Source: Squalus acanthias (Eukaryota). Taken from it: 64,000 nt of DNA. A program made the position numbers and the translations under genes. The notes under the pieces were generated by a model, which was given only the letters and a program-made list of their open reading frames with translations, was not told the DNA's origin and searched no databases. The DNA lies in contig CM059434.1 in assembly GCA_030390025.1 (NCBI GenBank), forward strand, positions 84,630,001 to 84,694,000. Reading direction: 5' to 3'. How positions within the stretch are numbered: position 1 is the stretch's first letter; every line of letters starts with the position of its first letter. Below, in pieces: positions 39,488-52,596 of this stretch.

Positions 39488-39989
39488 GGGGTACTGAAGT
39501 CTAACCTGTTCATATTATGCTCCCTACCAATACAGAGCACAGGTATGCTTCTTGCTACTTGTCCAGGCAGGGCCAATTTACCCATTAGAACACTGGCATG
39601 TAGAGTTATCTGGAGACAAGTGGGAAGAATACCAGCCGCCTGTGTCAGGTCTACCCCTCCAAGTACCACTCGTGAGTCAAGCTGGCTGGTCAATCAGCCA
39701 CCAACAATGGAGTGCTGTGAACTTGCCGGCTCGGGGGTCAGATTACCGAGTCTGCTGCAGAGGGTGCACTCACTCCTCAATTGCCATCATCAGTCATGTC
39801 ACCTTGGAGCACCTTGACCCCTAAGAGACACGCTTACCATCACATCGTTTGTCCCCCACCCCGCCCCCACCACCCTCACCCCATGTTCGTCCCCAAAGAG
39901 GATGGTCACTGGTTGGCTGAGCCACGTATCTGCAAGAAAATACAGCCTACTAATTATGTACGAGTCTTGCCAGCCAATTTATTATGCGG

Positions 39990-40620
39990 GAATACTATTT
40001 GCGCTCCCGATGACAGTGTATGCTCAGCGCTGCGCGTGCGCGAAAACCCGGAACTTGCGATCCGTCAAGGTATGTCTTGACAGATTTACCGAACCGACTG
40101 AGAAATCACTTTTGCTGGCGCAGAGTTGGGCTATTTGCCCAACTACTGCCCAGCAAATGCCCACAAAACTCTTATGCCTGGTAAAAGGAGGCGTAGGGCC
40201 TGCTTTCACCAGCGTGAGGGATAATATAAATCTTAAATTAAAAATTTAAAAATATAAAATGATGCACAAACACTTAAAAGTAGTTAATGCAAATTATTTT
40301 TCAAAAAATGTAATTAAAAAAATTATATTTGCTGTATTGAAGGGACTTTTGATTATATTTGAAAATGAGAACATTTATTTTTATTGCAGTTGTCTAAATT
40401 GTTTCATTATTTCAGGATGCCATTAGGGTTTATGGGGATTCCGTTTGTAAGTGGAATCCTCCTTTCGCATTGGAGGACCGGGTCCACGTAATCCCAGGGA
40501 CCCTTTGGAACTGCAGATTGTTTTCTGATTCTGACCAGGACTAATATAATTAACAGCCGAGTGATTCGACTGACCGGCTAGTACACTTGCAGATAAACAC
40601 AGATGGGCGTGAGGGCTCCT
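39990..40620. mobile_element. Partial MITE related to 42361-43035 (ends uncertain)
   Basis: Shared ~45-bp internal block; same GC-arm/AT-core layout. Confidence 0.5.
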
Positions 40621-40798
40621 GGATCCCTAATTCATACACAAAAATTAAAATTAAAACTATTTTATGCCATTAAATTGGAAGAAATTTGACCTGCGATTAA
40701 TTTGTGCTTTTACAAAAAAATGCACAGGGTGGCATCTCCAGATTATTCCTTGCCCCAACCCCCAAAATCATTTCCTCAAATGCAACTATTGAACTTAC

Positions 40799-41023
40799 TG
40801 AATACTTGTCTGCTGGTTGAAGCGGCTTTGTCTGGCTATTTTCTCTCGACAGACTCTTTGCTGGTGATTGATCTTGCAGAGTTATCAAATTCAATCCTTT
40901 CCTTTTATCTTTTAGAGAAGCTTGCTGATGGCGTTTTATCCTTTCAAGCTGCTCCTCAACACTCATTCGAGGTCGTGGACCTTCTGCCAGGAAAAGCTGC
41001 TCGACTGCACTTCTGGGCCTTTC
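40799..41023 (-). CDS. PLEKHA5: PLEKHA5 coding exon (225 nt, ERPRSAVEQLFLAEGPRPRMSVEEQLERIKRHQQ...PADKYS)
   Basis: ttgcag|GAA, TCA|gtaag, phase 0/0; ERPRSAVEQL and RMSVEEQLERIKRHQ motifs. Confidence 0.95.
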
Positions 41024-41731
41024 CTGCAATAATAATACTCCTCAAATTTAACAAATATCCTTTTTTGTGTGTGTGGGTGGGGGGGGAAACATGTAATTCC
41101 TTACTTTTTGTGAACCAGTAACTGGGGCTTCTAATTTTTCACCTATTTCATTTTGTTCTCAGAATCAGCATGCTCTGCTCCCAGCCTTTTAGTAGTGCTG
41201 CAGGACACCAATGCTATAGGTGGTGAGCTACCTGTGCACATGTCGTTCATTTTCAATCACCAAACTCATCAACAAGTCCACAGAAACTGTCAATACCTAA
41301 CAGTTTATATAACACTCTGCACATAAGGAAAAAAGTCTCAAAGCTATAAATAAGGGAAAGGAAAAACAGTTGATATCCTGCAGAATGGAAATATGGAAGA
41401 GTCATACTGAGGTGCTGAAGAGCCTGGTTTTGAGGAGATATAAAAGCAGAATGAGGTGGACAATGAGGTTTGTGTATTTGGATTTCCTCTTTACAATTAG
41501 TGTTGGAGTGTGCATACAAACTCTTGAGAATTGTGAATAACTGACTGATAAAAATTACAAGAACTATGTGGTTCTTAGTACAAGTTGTTGAACTTTAAAA
41601 ATGTTATTTTCACTGGAGGCAATATATATTCTATGTCTAAATTAAAAATAATTACCCAAGAGTTACACTAAATTCTAGAGTGCTGCACTTCAGTTCACAC
41701 TATTCTCATACAGTCGACTCCTTATACATAC

Positions 41732-41856
41732 CATGTGAGGTATAGCTCCATCCATCTTTCTATGCTTTCTTAATGTGACATAAGATGCAATCGTGGAAGA
41801 TTCAGGCATTGGGGACTTGCTTCGAGGAGGAACTATACCAACTGGAAAAGACAAAC
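41732..41856 (-). CDS. PLEKHA5: PLEKHA5 coding exon (125 nt, (G)LSFPVGIVPPRSKSPMPESSTIASYVTLRKHRKMDGAIPHM)
   Basis: ttgcag|GT, ATG|gtatg, phase 1/0; ESSTIASYVTLR motif. Confidence 0.95.
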
Positions 41857-42360
41857 CTGCAAATGTATGAAAGTGCTGTTAAATAAATAGCTTTAAAAAT
41901 GACTAATGTGCATCTCATGCAATATACTGAACATAATGTGTACTGTAATCATGTTGCATCCTGCCAGCTACCAGAAACCAACAAACCAAAGCAGCAATAG
42001 TTCAAAAAACACTTTACACATCATTTTCTGCCTTTTAAAAAAAAAGGTATTACTTGCTCACCGGATCACAGATAGATACACAATATTTTTTAATGTTGAT
42101 CCTTTTCATGCACTGTCATTCCGCATATATTTTAGCTTTGAGTGCAATGAGCCAGTCAGAAGTTTTATAAAGCCAGAGTATCTTACTGGGTACATTGAAC
42201 AAATTCTTAGAATCTGTACAAGGATTTCAACAAACATCTGTGGTCCATTTCATGAATCTGAACTTGCTTTAATTAATTTTTGGATGAATTGCTCATTATG
42301 GTGGGGGACTAAGGCATTTTTTGTCTTGTGAATGTGTGGTGAGACACAACAAAAGATTGT

Positions 42361-43035
42361 GGGGCAGAATTTGCGGTCGGTATGATGGCGTACTATTGGA
42401 GTACGCCGTCATACCGCCTTTGAAATTGACCACATGTTTGGGATTGCACATGTGCTAAAGTTCTGACTTCACAGATCATCCACTGTGACTGTGAAATCCT
42501 TATTGCTGGCGCAGAGTTGGGCTAATTGCCCACCAACTGCCCAGCAATTACGCAGGAGCCTGTTTGCATAGCATAAGGGGAGGGGAGATATGCAGCAGCT
42601 TTAAATATACACACCCGTCACTATAAAAAATCTTCTAATTAAATATATATATCCACGTATCTCCTGATCCCAACACAACTCACGGAGACAAATAGGCAAA
42701 GGGTGAAAACAATCTACCAAGAACGAGAGACTGATTTATTTATTAATATATCTGGGGTGAATGAGAGGCTGATTTATTTATTAATATAACTGGGGTGAGT
42801 GAGACTAAAATATCATGAATGGGCATCGGCGATTTCTGTTTTCTGATTGGAGCACCGCCCAGGTACGCTTACGCACACGGTGCACCCCTGGAATCTGTGG
42901 GCCACTACGCTGCGTTCAACTCTGCAGCGAAACAACACAAGTTTTCGAAGGGGCCTTGTACCAGGTAAGTGCGGATTTCTTTCGGAGGTCGGCGGCGTAC
43001 TCCTTAGCTACACCACTGACTGCAATTTCAGGGCC
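42361..43035. mobile_element. MITE
   Basis: GGGGCAGAATTTGCGGTCGGT / ACTGACTGCAATTTCAGGGCC TIRs; shares TGCTGGCGCAGAGTTGGGCTA...TGCCCAGCAA block with ~40110-40160. Confidence 0.75.
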
Positions 43036-44707
43036 AACATGTATACTTATTCTGTATAAAACTTTGAATAGCGTCATGGGATCTTTTAAGTCAGACATGC
43101 ACCAGATTAACATCTCATCCACAGGACAGCACCTCTGACAATGCAGCACTCTCAGCACAGCACTGAAGCTAGACTATGTGCTCAAGTCCTGGAGTACGAT
43201 TTGAACCCATAACCAGCTTAGAGGTGACACTGCAACCTACTGAGCCAAGCTGACACCGAAAAGGGATACTCTGGAGTGCCACCTGATTCTTTGGGAGGTC
43301 AGAGACATTTTGCAGAACATTCGCTGGGCAGATCATGCAGTGTATTGTCCACAATGAGGCACATTATGCATGGTGTGTGAAAGTAAAAGACTTCATTGGC
43401 CAAGCAGCCTTTTATTTTTTTTTTAATCCTATGCTCTTAATCTTAAGATAGTCTCTTCAACCCTGTTGTACAGTATTGACATTTCCTTCAAGGCATCAGC
43501 TTATCAACACATTGGTGCCTCTTGTTGTTAACCAACAAAAACAACTTAATCGAAGTAACAATAGTGAAAACCAAAGCATGATAATGAAGGCTGAATTGTA
43601 CAGGGCGCACATTGGAAGGCTATCTTATTTATTATTACACAGCCATGCAGAAACCTAGGGGAGACCCGTAACTAGTGTGGAGATGCTACACCTCAGGACA
43701 GGAGAAACCTTTTGAATCAGCAGTGAGCTGTGCCCTTGGCAACTAACAGAACCAGGTGGCATAGTTCTGTCTAATATGCTTCAGCCAGTTGCTGGAAGAG
43801 AGCAGTGTGGCAAGAATAACAGTCACAAAAATTGTAATTTTGGTTCTTTAATTATTAACTAGTAAATCTGTTGGAAATTCACCTTTAACAAATTACGAGT
43901 TCGATACAGTTTACACTCAGATTTTTGCCCCTTTTCCATAACACTATTCTTACTGGTGGCATAGAGGCCACTTAAGTATGGGCTTCTTGAAAGGAAATGC
44001 ATTCTTCTTACTGACTTTAAATTAGTGAACCTCCCATGAGGACAGTCTCTCTTATTACATCTCATTTAGTAATACAGTTCTCCCACTTCCCCACCTTTCC
44101 AACATACGATCCTCCTCAGATCGGAGAACAGGACAATTGATCTATAGGCATCAGTGTTGTTCCTTACTTGACACTGGGTCATTTTAAGTTGTGTGAGAAG
44201 GAGCTCCATAGGCAGGTTCTCTCTTCCTTCCACAGATGGCCTGATCAAACCGGAGAAGCATCAAGTGCAAGTATCACGCAAGACTAAGATCTTAACTCTG
44301 AATTCCTATTGAGCGATTGTTGAGATGAAGTTATTCGGACACCCTTTCAGTGACAACTTATTGAAACAACAGATCATGGGGCTCGCCAATGATTTAAATA
44401 CTTCAGCCTATTGTATTGACATCAGTTTGGATGCAACAATAATACAAAATTACAGAGAAATGGTCTTAAAAGCCATCTGTGAGAAAGCAGGTCTACATTT
44501 AATATCAGTCCTAACAATATTAATTCAGAATTGAACCTGTTTAAGATTACCTGTTCATAAAGGACATATTAAGTCATCTTCAAAGGTGTTAGCTATAGAC
44601 TGGCTTCACTCAATTTGAACATGATCAAGGTCTTGTATGAACAGGAGGGCAATCAGATCAGGTGCAATCTGGGCACATGAATCCCAGTCTCTAAATACTA
44701 CAACTAC

Positions 44708-44828
44708 CTTTCGATGTGACACTTTCTTTGTCAGGCACCACTTCTGACTTCTCATCCACATTGGATTCATCAACCTCTGTGACAGTTGTCAGTTCTGGTT
44801 CACTCTTGTACAGTCGATAATCAGGACC
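44708..44828 (-). CDS. PLEKHA5: PLEKHA5 coding exon (121 nt, GPDYRLYKSEPELTTVTEVDESNVDEKSEVVPDKESVTSK+G)
   Basis: ttacag|GGT, AAG|gtagt, phase 0/1; GPDYRLYKSEPELTTV matches recalled PLEKHA5. Confidence 0.95.
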
Positions 44829-46277
44829 CTGTAATTGTAAAGTATTTCTTTTTAAATAGATTATTTGTCTAGCAAGACTCAGTTAAGTTCTAATCTGCAC
44901 TAACTGTTTAAAAAAAAAAAAATCTTAAACCATAGCCCACTAATAGAAATAAGGAAAATTGCATACATTTCCTTTTGTTTGGGTAACAATGTTTGATATA
45001 AGGATCAAAAATTTAAATAATTTCCATACATATCAAAAAAAAACAAATAATTACAAAACATGTATACAAACACAGGTATAATCAGTACCATCATTTCTTT
45101 CCAAAGGGTTACTCTGCTTTTTTCTGATCTTAAGTCAAATATTTGATATTTAACTTGAGAGACATGCTACTTCTTATTCTAGATTTAGGATTGCTGCTAA
45201 ATTTTTAATTGCCTGTGAACACTGCCAAAAATATCTAATTCAACTTTTTATTAAAAAAATCATTTTAAGGAGCAATTCAAAGGCAGTAAGAGTCTCGTAT
45301 CAATAATCAAAGGGGTTCGAAAGCTTGTCAAGTTGCTTGGGCTCTTAGCAGAGTGCACGCTTGGGCTGCTGATATACTACCACTTTGGTGTCAATGCAAA
45401 TCAGTTTCCCGTGTGCATCAACACAGGAATGGCAGTCTAACTCTGCAGTTGAGTCTTACAAACTCTGGGGTGAAGTCTCATTGGACCTCCCAGAACTTTA
45501 TTTTTAAATGTAGCATGCTGCTGCCTCTAATAACACTGAACCACCAGGAAGGCAGAGCTCTGCACATCTAACCAGGCATCGGCATAATTTATTTGTCACT
45601 GAACTCAATGTGATGTACAGTCCACAGTTGAACTCGGGTCCAACAGCTGCACAGTACAGTCCAGAAATACTGGTGATCCAGAGATAGCTTGATATTACTA
45701 ACTGTAGTACAACAGCAACCTTAATACTCATCCTACTGATGGATTTCATTTTTAAAGCAACATATTCAAGTCAGACTTACTAAATGAGCTGTCATGCTGC
45801 AAAGCAATTGATAGCCATCAATTACAGCAATTAAACAACTGCAAAAATGCACCACACCTTTTTTAATGAACCAAATTTATTATTTTTTTCTAAAAACATT
45901 TAACGTAGCACCAATCCAGAAATCTTGACACAGTAAGATATCTCTTATCAACTGCTGATGCTGGGACAGACCGTTTAAAGCAACACTATGCAAACAACTG
46001 CCCTGAAGACCCTGAGACTGAAAATATTATATACAAAGTTTACAGGCAGAATTCCATTTTACGTTTTATTTAAAAATTGGTCTATTTCGGCTACAATTCT
46101 GCAAGACAGCTCATTTGCAGCTACATTACTCATGAATGATTATCCAAAAAAATAAATAAAAATAAAACCAACTAAAAAGTGAGGAAGCAAAATAACTACA
46201 TGGCAAAAAGCAATGAGGAGGGAAATGTGGGTGGAGCGGGTTTAATAGGCAAACAGTGGCAATAGTCCGCCACTTAC

Positions 46278-46466
46278 AGAATCTGCTCCATTCCTTGGAT
46301 CTTCTGGTTCAAGGTGGATCTTCGTTTCGTCTGGTTGATGCACCAGGTTTCTGGCAGAACAAGGCCAAAGGATGCTCTCACTGGGAAGAGGGGGAACTGT
46401 GGGAGCCTTCTCTGTCAAGTCATATAACTGGGGGAGAGGAGGGCGAGGAGGGGCTGTTTCATCTTC
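46278..46466 (-). CDS. PLEKHA5: PLEKHA5 coding exon (189 nt, proline-rich EDETAPPRPPLPQLYDLTEKAPTVPPLPSES...PRNGADS)
   Basis: ctttag|GAA, TCT|gtaag, phase 0/0; PPRPPLP...PPLP as in recalled PLEKHA5 long isoform. Confidence 0.9.
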
Positions 46467-47062
46467 CTAAAGAGTGTAAGATGCCCACCACATAATAAGT
46501 GCACTACACAGTTTTAGATATGCCAAATATTCCTTCGTAGTTTACTTTATGTATGCAAAACAACTCATGATCATGTTTAATCATTTTAATTATAAAGATA
46601 TATGAAAGCAAATACCGTACTACAGTCTATTCCTCAATTCAAAGTTGACTAATTCAAATTACTAGATAATTCAATTATTTTTGCACTTTTTGACATTGCC
46701 ATTTTAGTCATGTTGGTTAATTTGTATTACTGAATAATTCATTTTTTGTGCCAAAATGACTTTGAATAATCAGAAATAAAGTGTATGAACTACAAAATGA
46801 TGGAGCTGAGTGATGACTATTTTTTCTATTTATCCTTTTCCATCTTCAAAATACAGTATTGAAAAGTAAATGCTCCCTGCCAAGTAAAACAGTTACCGAA
46901 TAAAGATAATATAATGTTTCTAATCTATACACTGAAATATCAGACATTAATGTGAGACTGCATGAAGTCGTATTCATCTACAGATTATATTCAAAATTTA
47001 ACTGAAGGTTTTTCTTTCCACAATAATGGGTTGCACACCAGTGACTGAGAACAGCTGCTTAC

Positions 47063-47115
47063 CTCCTGCCTATACCTTAACGTAGAAACAGATCCAGACT
47101 GTGACCCGGCAACAC
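47063..47115 (-). CDS. PLEKHA5: PLEKHA5 coding exon (53 nt, (G)VAGSQSGSVSTLRYRQE)
   Basis: ttcttag|GT, GAG|gtaag, phase 1/0; needed to keep frame between flanking exons. Confidence 0.85.
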
Positions 47116-48569
47116 CTAAGAACAGAAACAAAAATAAAAAGGAGATGCTTTGTAGCCACAGCAGTTTTGAACCAAATCCTTCTAAAATTTGCTAGCACTT
47201 GGATCTAAAATTTGGATTCAATGTGATGCACTGCTATTCTGGAAAATGTTTGCAAAAAGATACTTAAATAATCACGTCCAAAGAGTCCCCTCCATCTTCT
47301 ATATAATTAGATATAAAGAATATAGATGAGCATACACTGTACTTGTTTTCCTCTTTATTTTCCATGCAGAGTAAGAACAAGAATGATCCTAAGTGTAAAA
47401 GGGGTGAGCCAGGAGAAAAGTTCAAAGAGGCTTAAGCTTTAGTCAACAGAAAAAGTGAACCTCACTAAGGTATATAAAGTATTAATGGCATAGATAAAAT
47501 GAGACCAAAAGAGAAATCAGTAGGGCCAGTGGAATTTAATGAAAAGCAATGTAAACGAATAGACAGACATACAGGGAAAAAGCTTCTTCGCTCAAAAGAG
47601 GGGAAACATTTGAAATGATCTGCCAAGCAAGGTAGCAGCATCAAAGGCATTAAGGGTGTTCAAACTGCAGTTATGTACAAGGCTGGGTGAATTCTGAGTA
47701 CCAGACAGATGGGCTTTGATGGGCTAAATAGCCTTTTCTTGTTCTCTACTTTTCCAATGATTTTGATACCACTCCCAATAGTAGAGATAAGATTGAAGCA
47801 TGCTGTGATCCCGCGCCTTCCCAACCAAAATCATGCTGGTGCACAATCACATTGCTGTTCATTTCTCCAAGGGTGGATTTGCTTGTGAATCAAATTTAAG
47901 CTTTTCTACATACTGATTAACACATATGACCGGGACAATTCATACACCTATTGAAAATTCAGTTTTATTTTATTTTTTAAAAGCAAAACCTAGCCAGTAT
48001 TACTATGAAAGAGCTGTTTTGTGTAGTTGTGCAGTTTGCAAGGGTGCTGCAGAAATCCATTTTGCTTCAAGTAGGTTCCTCTTTCTTAAAAGTACCACAA
48101 ACTTGAGTACCAGACTAGAAATGTATGCGCCTGTACTAAAGCAAGTAGCAGGGGGCCTCGCTAACATGCAGACCATTTCCTGCCTCAGGTGTCCTTCGTC
48201 GTGGATCAATGTTTCTAATGACAGCGGATCTAGCACTAGTACCATACCAATGCACTCCCAACAACTGCTGCTCTGCTCCACTCCTCCAGCACACTGGTAT
48301 TTAAACAAAAACACGTCCACCCATCGCCCGACTTTAATCCAGGCTGCAGCTGATTTAAAGTCACAGGCAACCCACGGCAGGAGAGATACAGGAGAAGATT
48401 TTAAATCAGCCACGACAAAAGTTTATTGGGGGGGGGGGGGGCGGGTTTGGGAAGAGAGGAGAGTTGCAATTTAAGCAGAGCAATAGTTAATAGGAAAGTG
48501 CTAGATGAAAATGGGGAAAAGAAAATGTACTCGTGGACACTAGCCAACATGGACCGAATATTTGGGTGG

Positions 48570-49715
48570 GTAAATTTCCACATTTATTTCCAAAAAGCCT
48601 TCGATAAGGTACCGCATAGTAGACTTATGACTAGGGTCAGAACATGTGGAGTCGGGAGACAAGTAGCAGAATGGCTAGAAAGCTGGCTACAAAACAGAAA
48701 ACAGATAGTAGGGGTTAAAGGTAGTTACTCAGACTGGCAAGTGGTGTTCCACAAGGATCGGTGCCGAGACCACTGTTGTTCACCATTTATATAAATGATT
48801 TGGACTCGGGAATCCGAAGTACAATTTCAAAATTTGTGGATGACACCAAATTGGGGGCTGTATTTAATATAGAGGAGGATTATGACAAAATACAGGAAGA
48901 TATTAATAAACTTGCAGAATGGGTGTGTAATTGGCAAATGAACTTCAACATAGATAAGTGTGAGGTATTACATTTTGGTAGGAAGAATAAGGAGGTCACA
49001 TACTCCTTGGAAAAAAGGTGTCTAAATGGGTTAGAGGAACAGAGGGATCGGGGGGTACAGAAACACAAATCACTAAAAGTAGCGACGCAGGTTAATAAGG
49101 CCATTAAAAAAAAACACTAAGGTTCATTTCTAGAAGGATAGAATTGAAAAACAGAGAAGTTATGCTAAACTTGTATAGAACCTTGGTTAGACCACACGGG
49201 GTACTGTGAACAGTTGTGGTCTCCACATAATAAAAAAAAGTCACTGGAGAAGATTTACTAGAATGATACCAGAACTGAGAGGTTATACCTATCAGGAAAG
49301 ATTGAACAGGCTGGGGGTCTTTTCTCCAGAAAAGAGAAGGCTGAGGGGGTGACCTGATAGAGGTCTTCAAGATTATGAAAGGGTTCGATAGGGTAGACGT
49401 AGAGAAGGTGTTTCCACTTGCGGGTGAGACCCGAACTAGGGGCCATAAATATAAGATAGTCACTAATAAATCCAATAGGGAATTCAGGAGAAACTTACCC
49501 AGAGATTGGTTAGAATGTGGAACTCGCTACCACATGGAGTAGTTGAGGTGAGTAGCATTGGTGCATTAGGGGGAAGCTGGATAAGCACAAGGGAGAAAGG
49601 AATAGAAGGATATGTTGATGGGGTTAGATGAAGAAGGGTGGGAGGAGGCTCGTGTGGAGCATAAACACCGACATAGACCTGTTGGGATGAATGGCCAGTT
49701 TCTGTGCTGTAAATA
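48570..49715 (+). mobile_element. CR1 LINE 3' part
   Basis: FQKAFDKVPH, LFTIYINDL, KFVDDTKL, KCEVLHFG. Confidence 0.9.
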
Positions 49716-49876
49716 CTTTGTAAATGTTTTGCAATATTGACCCACATGGTTTTTTTTAAAGTTTGGAATGGGGGGCGTGGGGGTGGGGCGGGTATCATTT
49801 TCTAAGAGTATACACGGTAAACTGTTTCCTACCTGTCATGAAGACAGACCGATAATTATGTGTACCTCGTTCTAAC

Positions 49877-49906
49877 CTATGACATCAAGAGAACTGGAAA
49901 GGTCAT
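49877..49906 (-). CDS. PLEKHA5: Candidate 30-nt microexon ((D)DLSSSLDVI(G))
   Basis: ttttttcccctgttaag|AT acceptor, ATAG|gttaga donor, phase 1/1, no stop; no transcript evidence. Confidence 0.35.
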   Translation of the reverse strand: MTFPVLLMS

Positions 49907-50186
49907 CTTAACAGGGGAAAAAATAATTTCAGTTTATCGGTTTAAAGCAAAATCAAATGCTGCCGTTTAAGACTTCATAATTGATTCAACAAGCTGGCTG
50001 CAGTTTTCACAGATAAACTAGAACATAAATACATTCACTGTTAAGGACTGGGGGCGGTGGGGGGGGGGGGGGGACGGAGAAATACAAAACAAAACCTCCT
50101 CACTGGTTACTTCTACTGGAAACCACAACAGCTCCTATTCTATTATTTGAAGTACTGTACAAAAATATACAGTTAGCTTCTCTTAC

Positions 50187-50301
50187 CAATGCTTCCAGAG
50201 GTACTTCTTTGCTGTTTGTTTTTGGTGAGCCCTTCCATAACATCCTCAATTCTCCAGAGCTCCTTTTGGATCTGAGGGCGTTGTTGACCAGCTAACTCCG
50301 C
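50187..50301 (-). CDS. PLEKHA5: PLEKHA5 coding exon (115 nt, AELAGQQRPQIQKELWRIEDVMEGLTKNKQQRSTSGSI+G)
   Basis: ctcaag|GCG, TTG|gtaag, phase 0/1; QKELWRIxDVMEGL motif. Confidence 0.94.
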
Positions 50302-50636
50302 CTTGAGAGAAAGATACAAGTTCTTCTGACAAGTATAGCACTCATGAATATAGAAGCATTTCTGGAGTGTATCACATTAAAGGGGAAACAAACTGTTTCA
50401 TTCTATGTCTTACAACTGTGTGTCAGACAGCAGTGTTTGCTTTGGTGTGCTGTATACTCGCAAATAATACAATAGATCTGTTAGTTATAAAATGCATATG
50501 ATATAAGGCAATTATGGCAAACATAATGTGCCTATCATTTTGCTACACTGGTTATATATTTGGTGGGAGGATTATTCTGTTGTTAGTACAACCATGCCCA
50601 GACATCAGGTCCATCTGTCCAAAATGCAGCCAGTAC

Positions 50637-50738
50637 CTGAACTCCTTCACATCTGTCCAGCTGCTCTTGTAAGTGGTTTCTTGCAAGAGTTACATCATAC
50701 TCTAATTTGTCGTATTCTCTCCACGTCCTTTCTAGTTC
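50637..50738 (-). CDS. PLEKHA5: PLEKHA5 coding exon (102 nt, ELERTWREYDKLEYDVTLARNHLQEQLDRCEGVQ)
   Basis: tttag|GAA, CAG|gtact; WREYDKLEYDV motif. Confidence 0.94.
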
Positions 50739-51306
50739 CTAAATCACAAGATACATAGTTTAAATAACAGATTTTTTAAATAAAGTTAATAATAAAGCTT
50801 TGCAAATACACAATTTCCATACTTAGAATTCACCCCATAAGCTTAACATCAGGGAATGGGTACAGAACTTGTACCAAGGCCTCTGCTTTCTGGCACTCAG
50901 ATCAGCCACCAGGTGGGGGGCAAGAGCTGCCTGTGGTGACTGCGCTTCAGCTTCTCTCCCCATCCCCCACCTTCCTTTGGGAATAGTGTGTCATGCTCAA
51001 TGCCTCCCACTCAATGATACAGCAAGATGAGGAATTTGTGTGGGCACAAGCTCGCATTAGACAGCTCTGTGGAGCAGCACATTGGTGTGTCACAGTGATG
51101 CACAAAATTTTACATGAAAACAGAAAATACTGACCTTTTCTGTCCTTAAGTGTTGTGAATACGTACCCCATACAAAAACTCTCACCGACAGCTTATGTTG
51201 GAATTTGACATGCCAGCAGAATATTGGATAAACAACTGCAAACTAAAGAAGACCTAGCTTTTGGACCACAATAGCAGCAATTAAGAGCTAAATGGTTACA
51301 ACTTAC

Positions 51307-51456
51307 TGCAGTGGCTCTCGATACCTCCCGGCAAGTGCTGAGCAATCCGTTTTGTAAGACATCTCTCTGTAAGGCTACACTTTGCACCACGGTAGGGTTT
51401 TCGGCATTCATTTCGATCTCCTGACTTGCAGCCAGTAACGCTTGCTCGAGTGTATG
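51307..51456 (-). CDS. PLEKHA5: PLEKHA5 coding exon (150 nt, HTLEQALLAASQEIEMNAENPTVVQSVALQRDVLQNGLLSTCREVSRATA)
   Basis: ctgtag|CAT, GCA|gtaag; LQNGLLSTCRE motif. Confidence 0.95.
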
Positions 51457-51558
51457 CTACAGACAAAGCGGCACATAGTATTTACAGACTGAATGCAATA
51501 CATTCATTGGGTATATACCTTGTGTTGAAACTCAAGGAATTTAATCACAATTTCTTAC

Positions 51559-51639
51559 TTTTTCCTTGTGCAGCTGCTGCAGTTTCTCCTCTTGCTCATG
51601 AACGACCTTATCCTGCTCACACAGCTGGCTCAGTTTAGC
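51559..51639 (-). CDS. PLEKHA5: PLEKHA5 coding exon (81 nt, AKLSQLCEQDKVVHEQEEKLQQLHKEK), coiled coil
   Basis: tttttag|GCT, AAA|gtaag; PLEKHA5/6/7 family motif KLSxLCEQDK. Confidence 0.94.
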
Positions 51640-52014
51640 CTAAAAAGGAAATCACAAAGATGGAAAAAGTGAAGGGACAACACTCTACCATAGTAGCAGT
51701 ATGACTTTAAACATTTCCACAGGTTCGGCAGGTGCTGAGCACAGACACCAAGAAAAATGTCACCAAAAGCTTTTCTTTTTAGTTCAGTTCCAGAACAACT
51801 TTTTCCAATCAAAGCAATACAGCATTCCTTATGTGTTGGGAGAGTTGTAATCTCATATTAACAAAGACTAAGCAAATCAAAACCAAGCTAACAAACCCTC
51901 ATCCTTCAATTTACTGAACTACTGTATATGGTGTAAAAAATCTTATTTACAGATTAGTTGAAGAACAAAGGCTTTAAAAAAAACAGTATTTATGTTTCAG
52001 CAGGTGAACACTTT

Positions 52015-52596
52015 GGGGGAAATTTTAACCCCCCAGGAGGGGCGGGGGTTAAATACTTAAAAATGTGAAACCCGACTTGAACGTGCCGCGAATGTGCCTA
52101 CTTCCGGTTTAACTGGGGTGGGCGAGAAATCTGCTCTTGTGAGGTGGGACAGAAATTTTAATATGTCAATGAGGCTGCATGCCTCAGATTTTAGCAGCCA
52201 TTTGGATTTAACGGCTGCCGGCTGGGTTTCTACGGGCTCGGGAAACCCAGCAGCTAAAGGGAGGCGAGAACTGCCAGATCCAGCAGGTAAGTGCTTTTCC
52301 AGCACTGCTTGTGGGACAGGAGGAGGTGTGCTTCACCCTGGCCCCCCGAAGCAAGCCTACTGCGATCTGTCCCCTTCCCGCGATTTCTCCCCACCCTCCC
52401 CAAACCCCCATGTCTCCCTCGCTCCTCTCTGAAGCTGGCTGCGGCCTTCTACCGCAGGCCTTCCCACCCGACAGCCGGCCCAGAGGAAATGGAGAAAAAA
52501 AATTCTAAGGAGGTCCTGCCATTAAATTCAGCAAGACGTCCACGTTTCCCGACCGCTGGCAGTTGCCCCTGCTCCCTCCCTGTAAATATCGGGGCC
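52015..52596. mobile_element. MITE
   Basis: GGGGGAAATTTTAAC / GTAAATATCGGGGCC ends; TTT on both flanks (3-bp TSD). Confidence 0.72.

Noticed and set aside
47926-48474. 182-aa and 136-aa overlapping ORFs
   Set aside because: No recognisable motif or supporting splice structure; intronic, probably repeat-derived.
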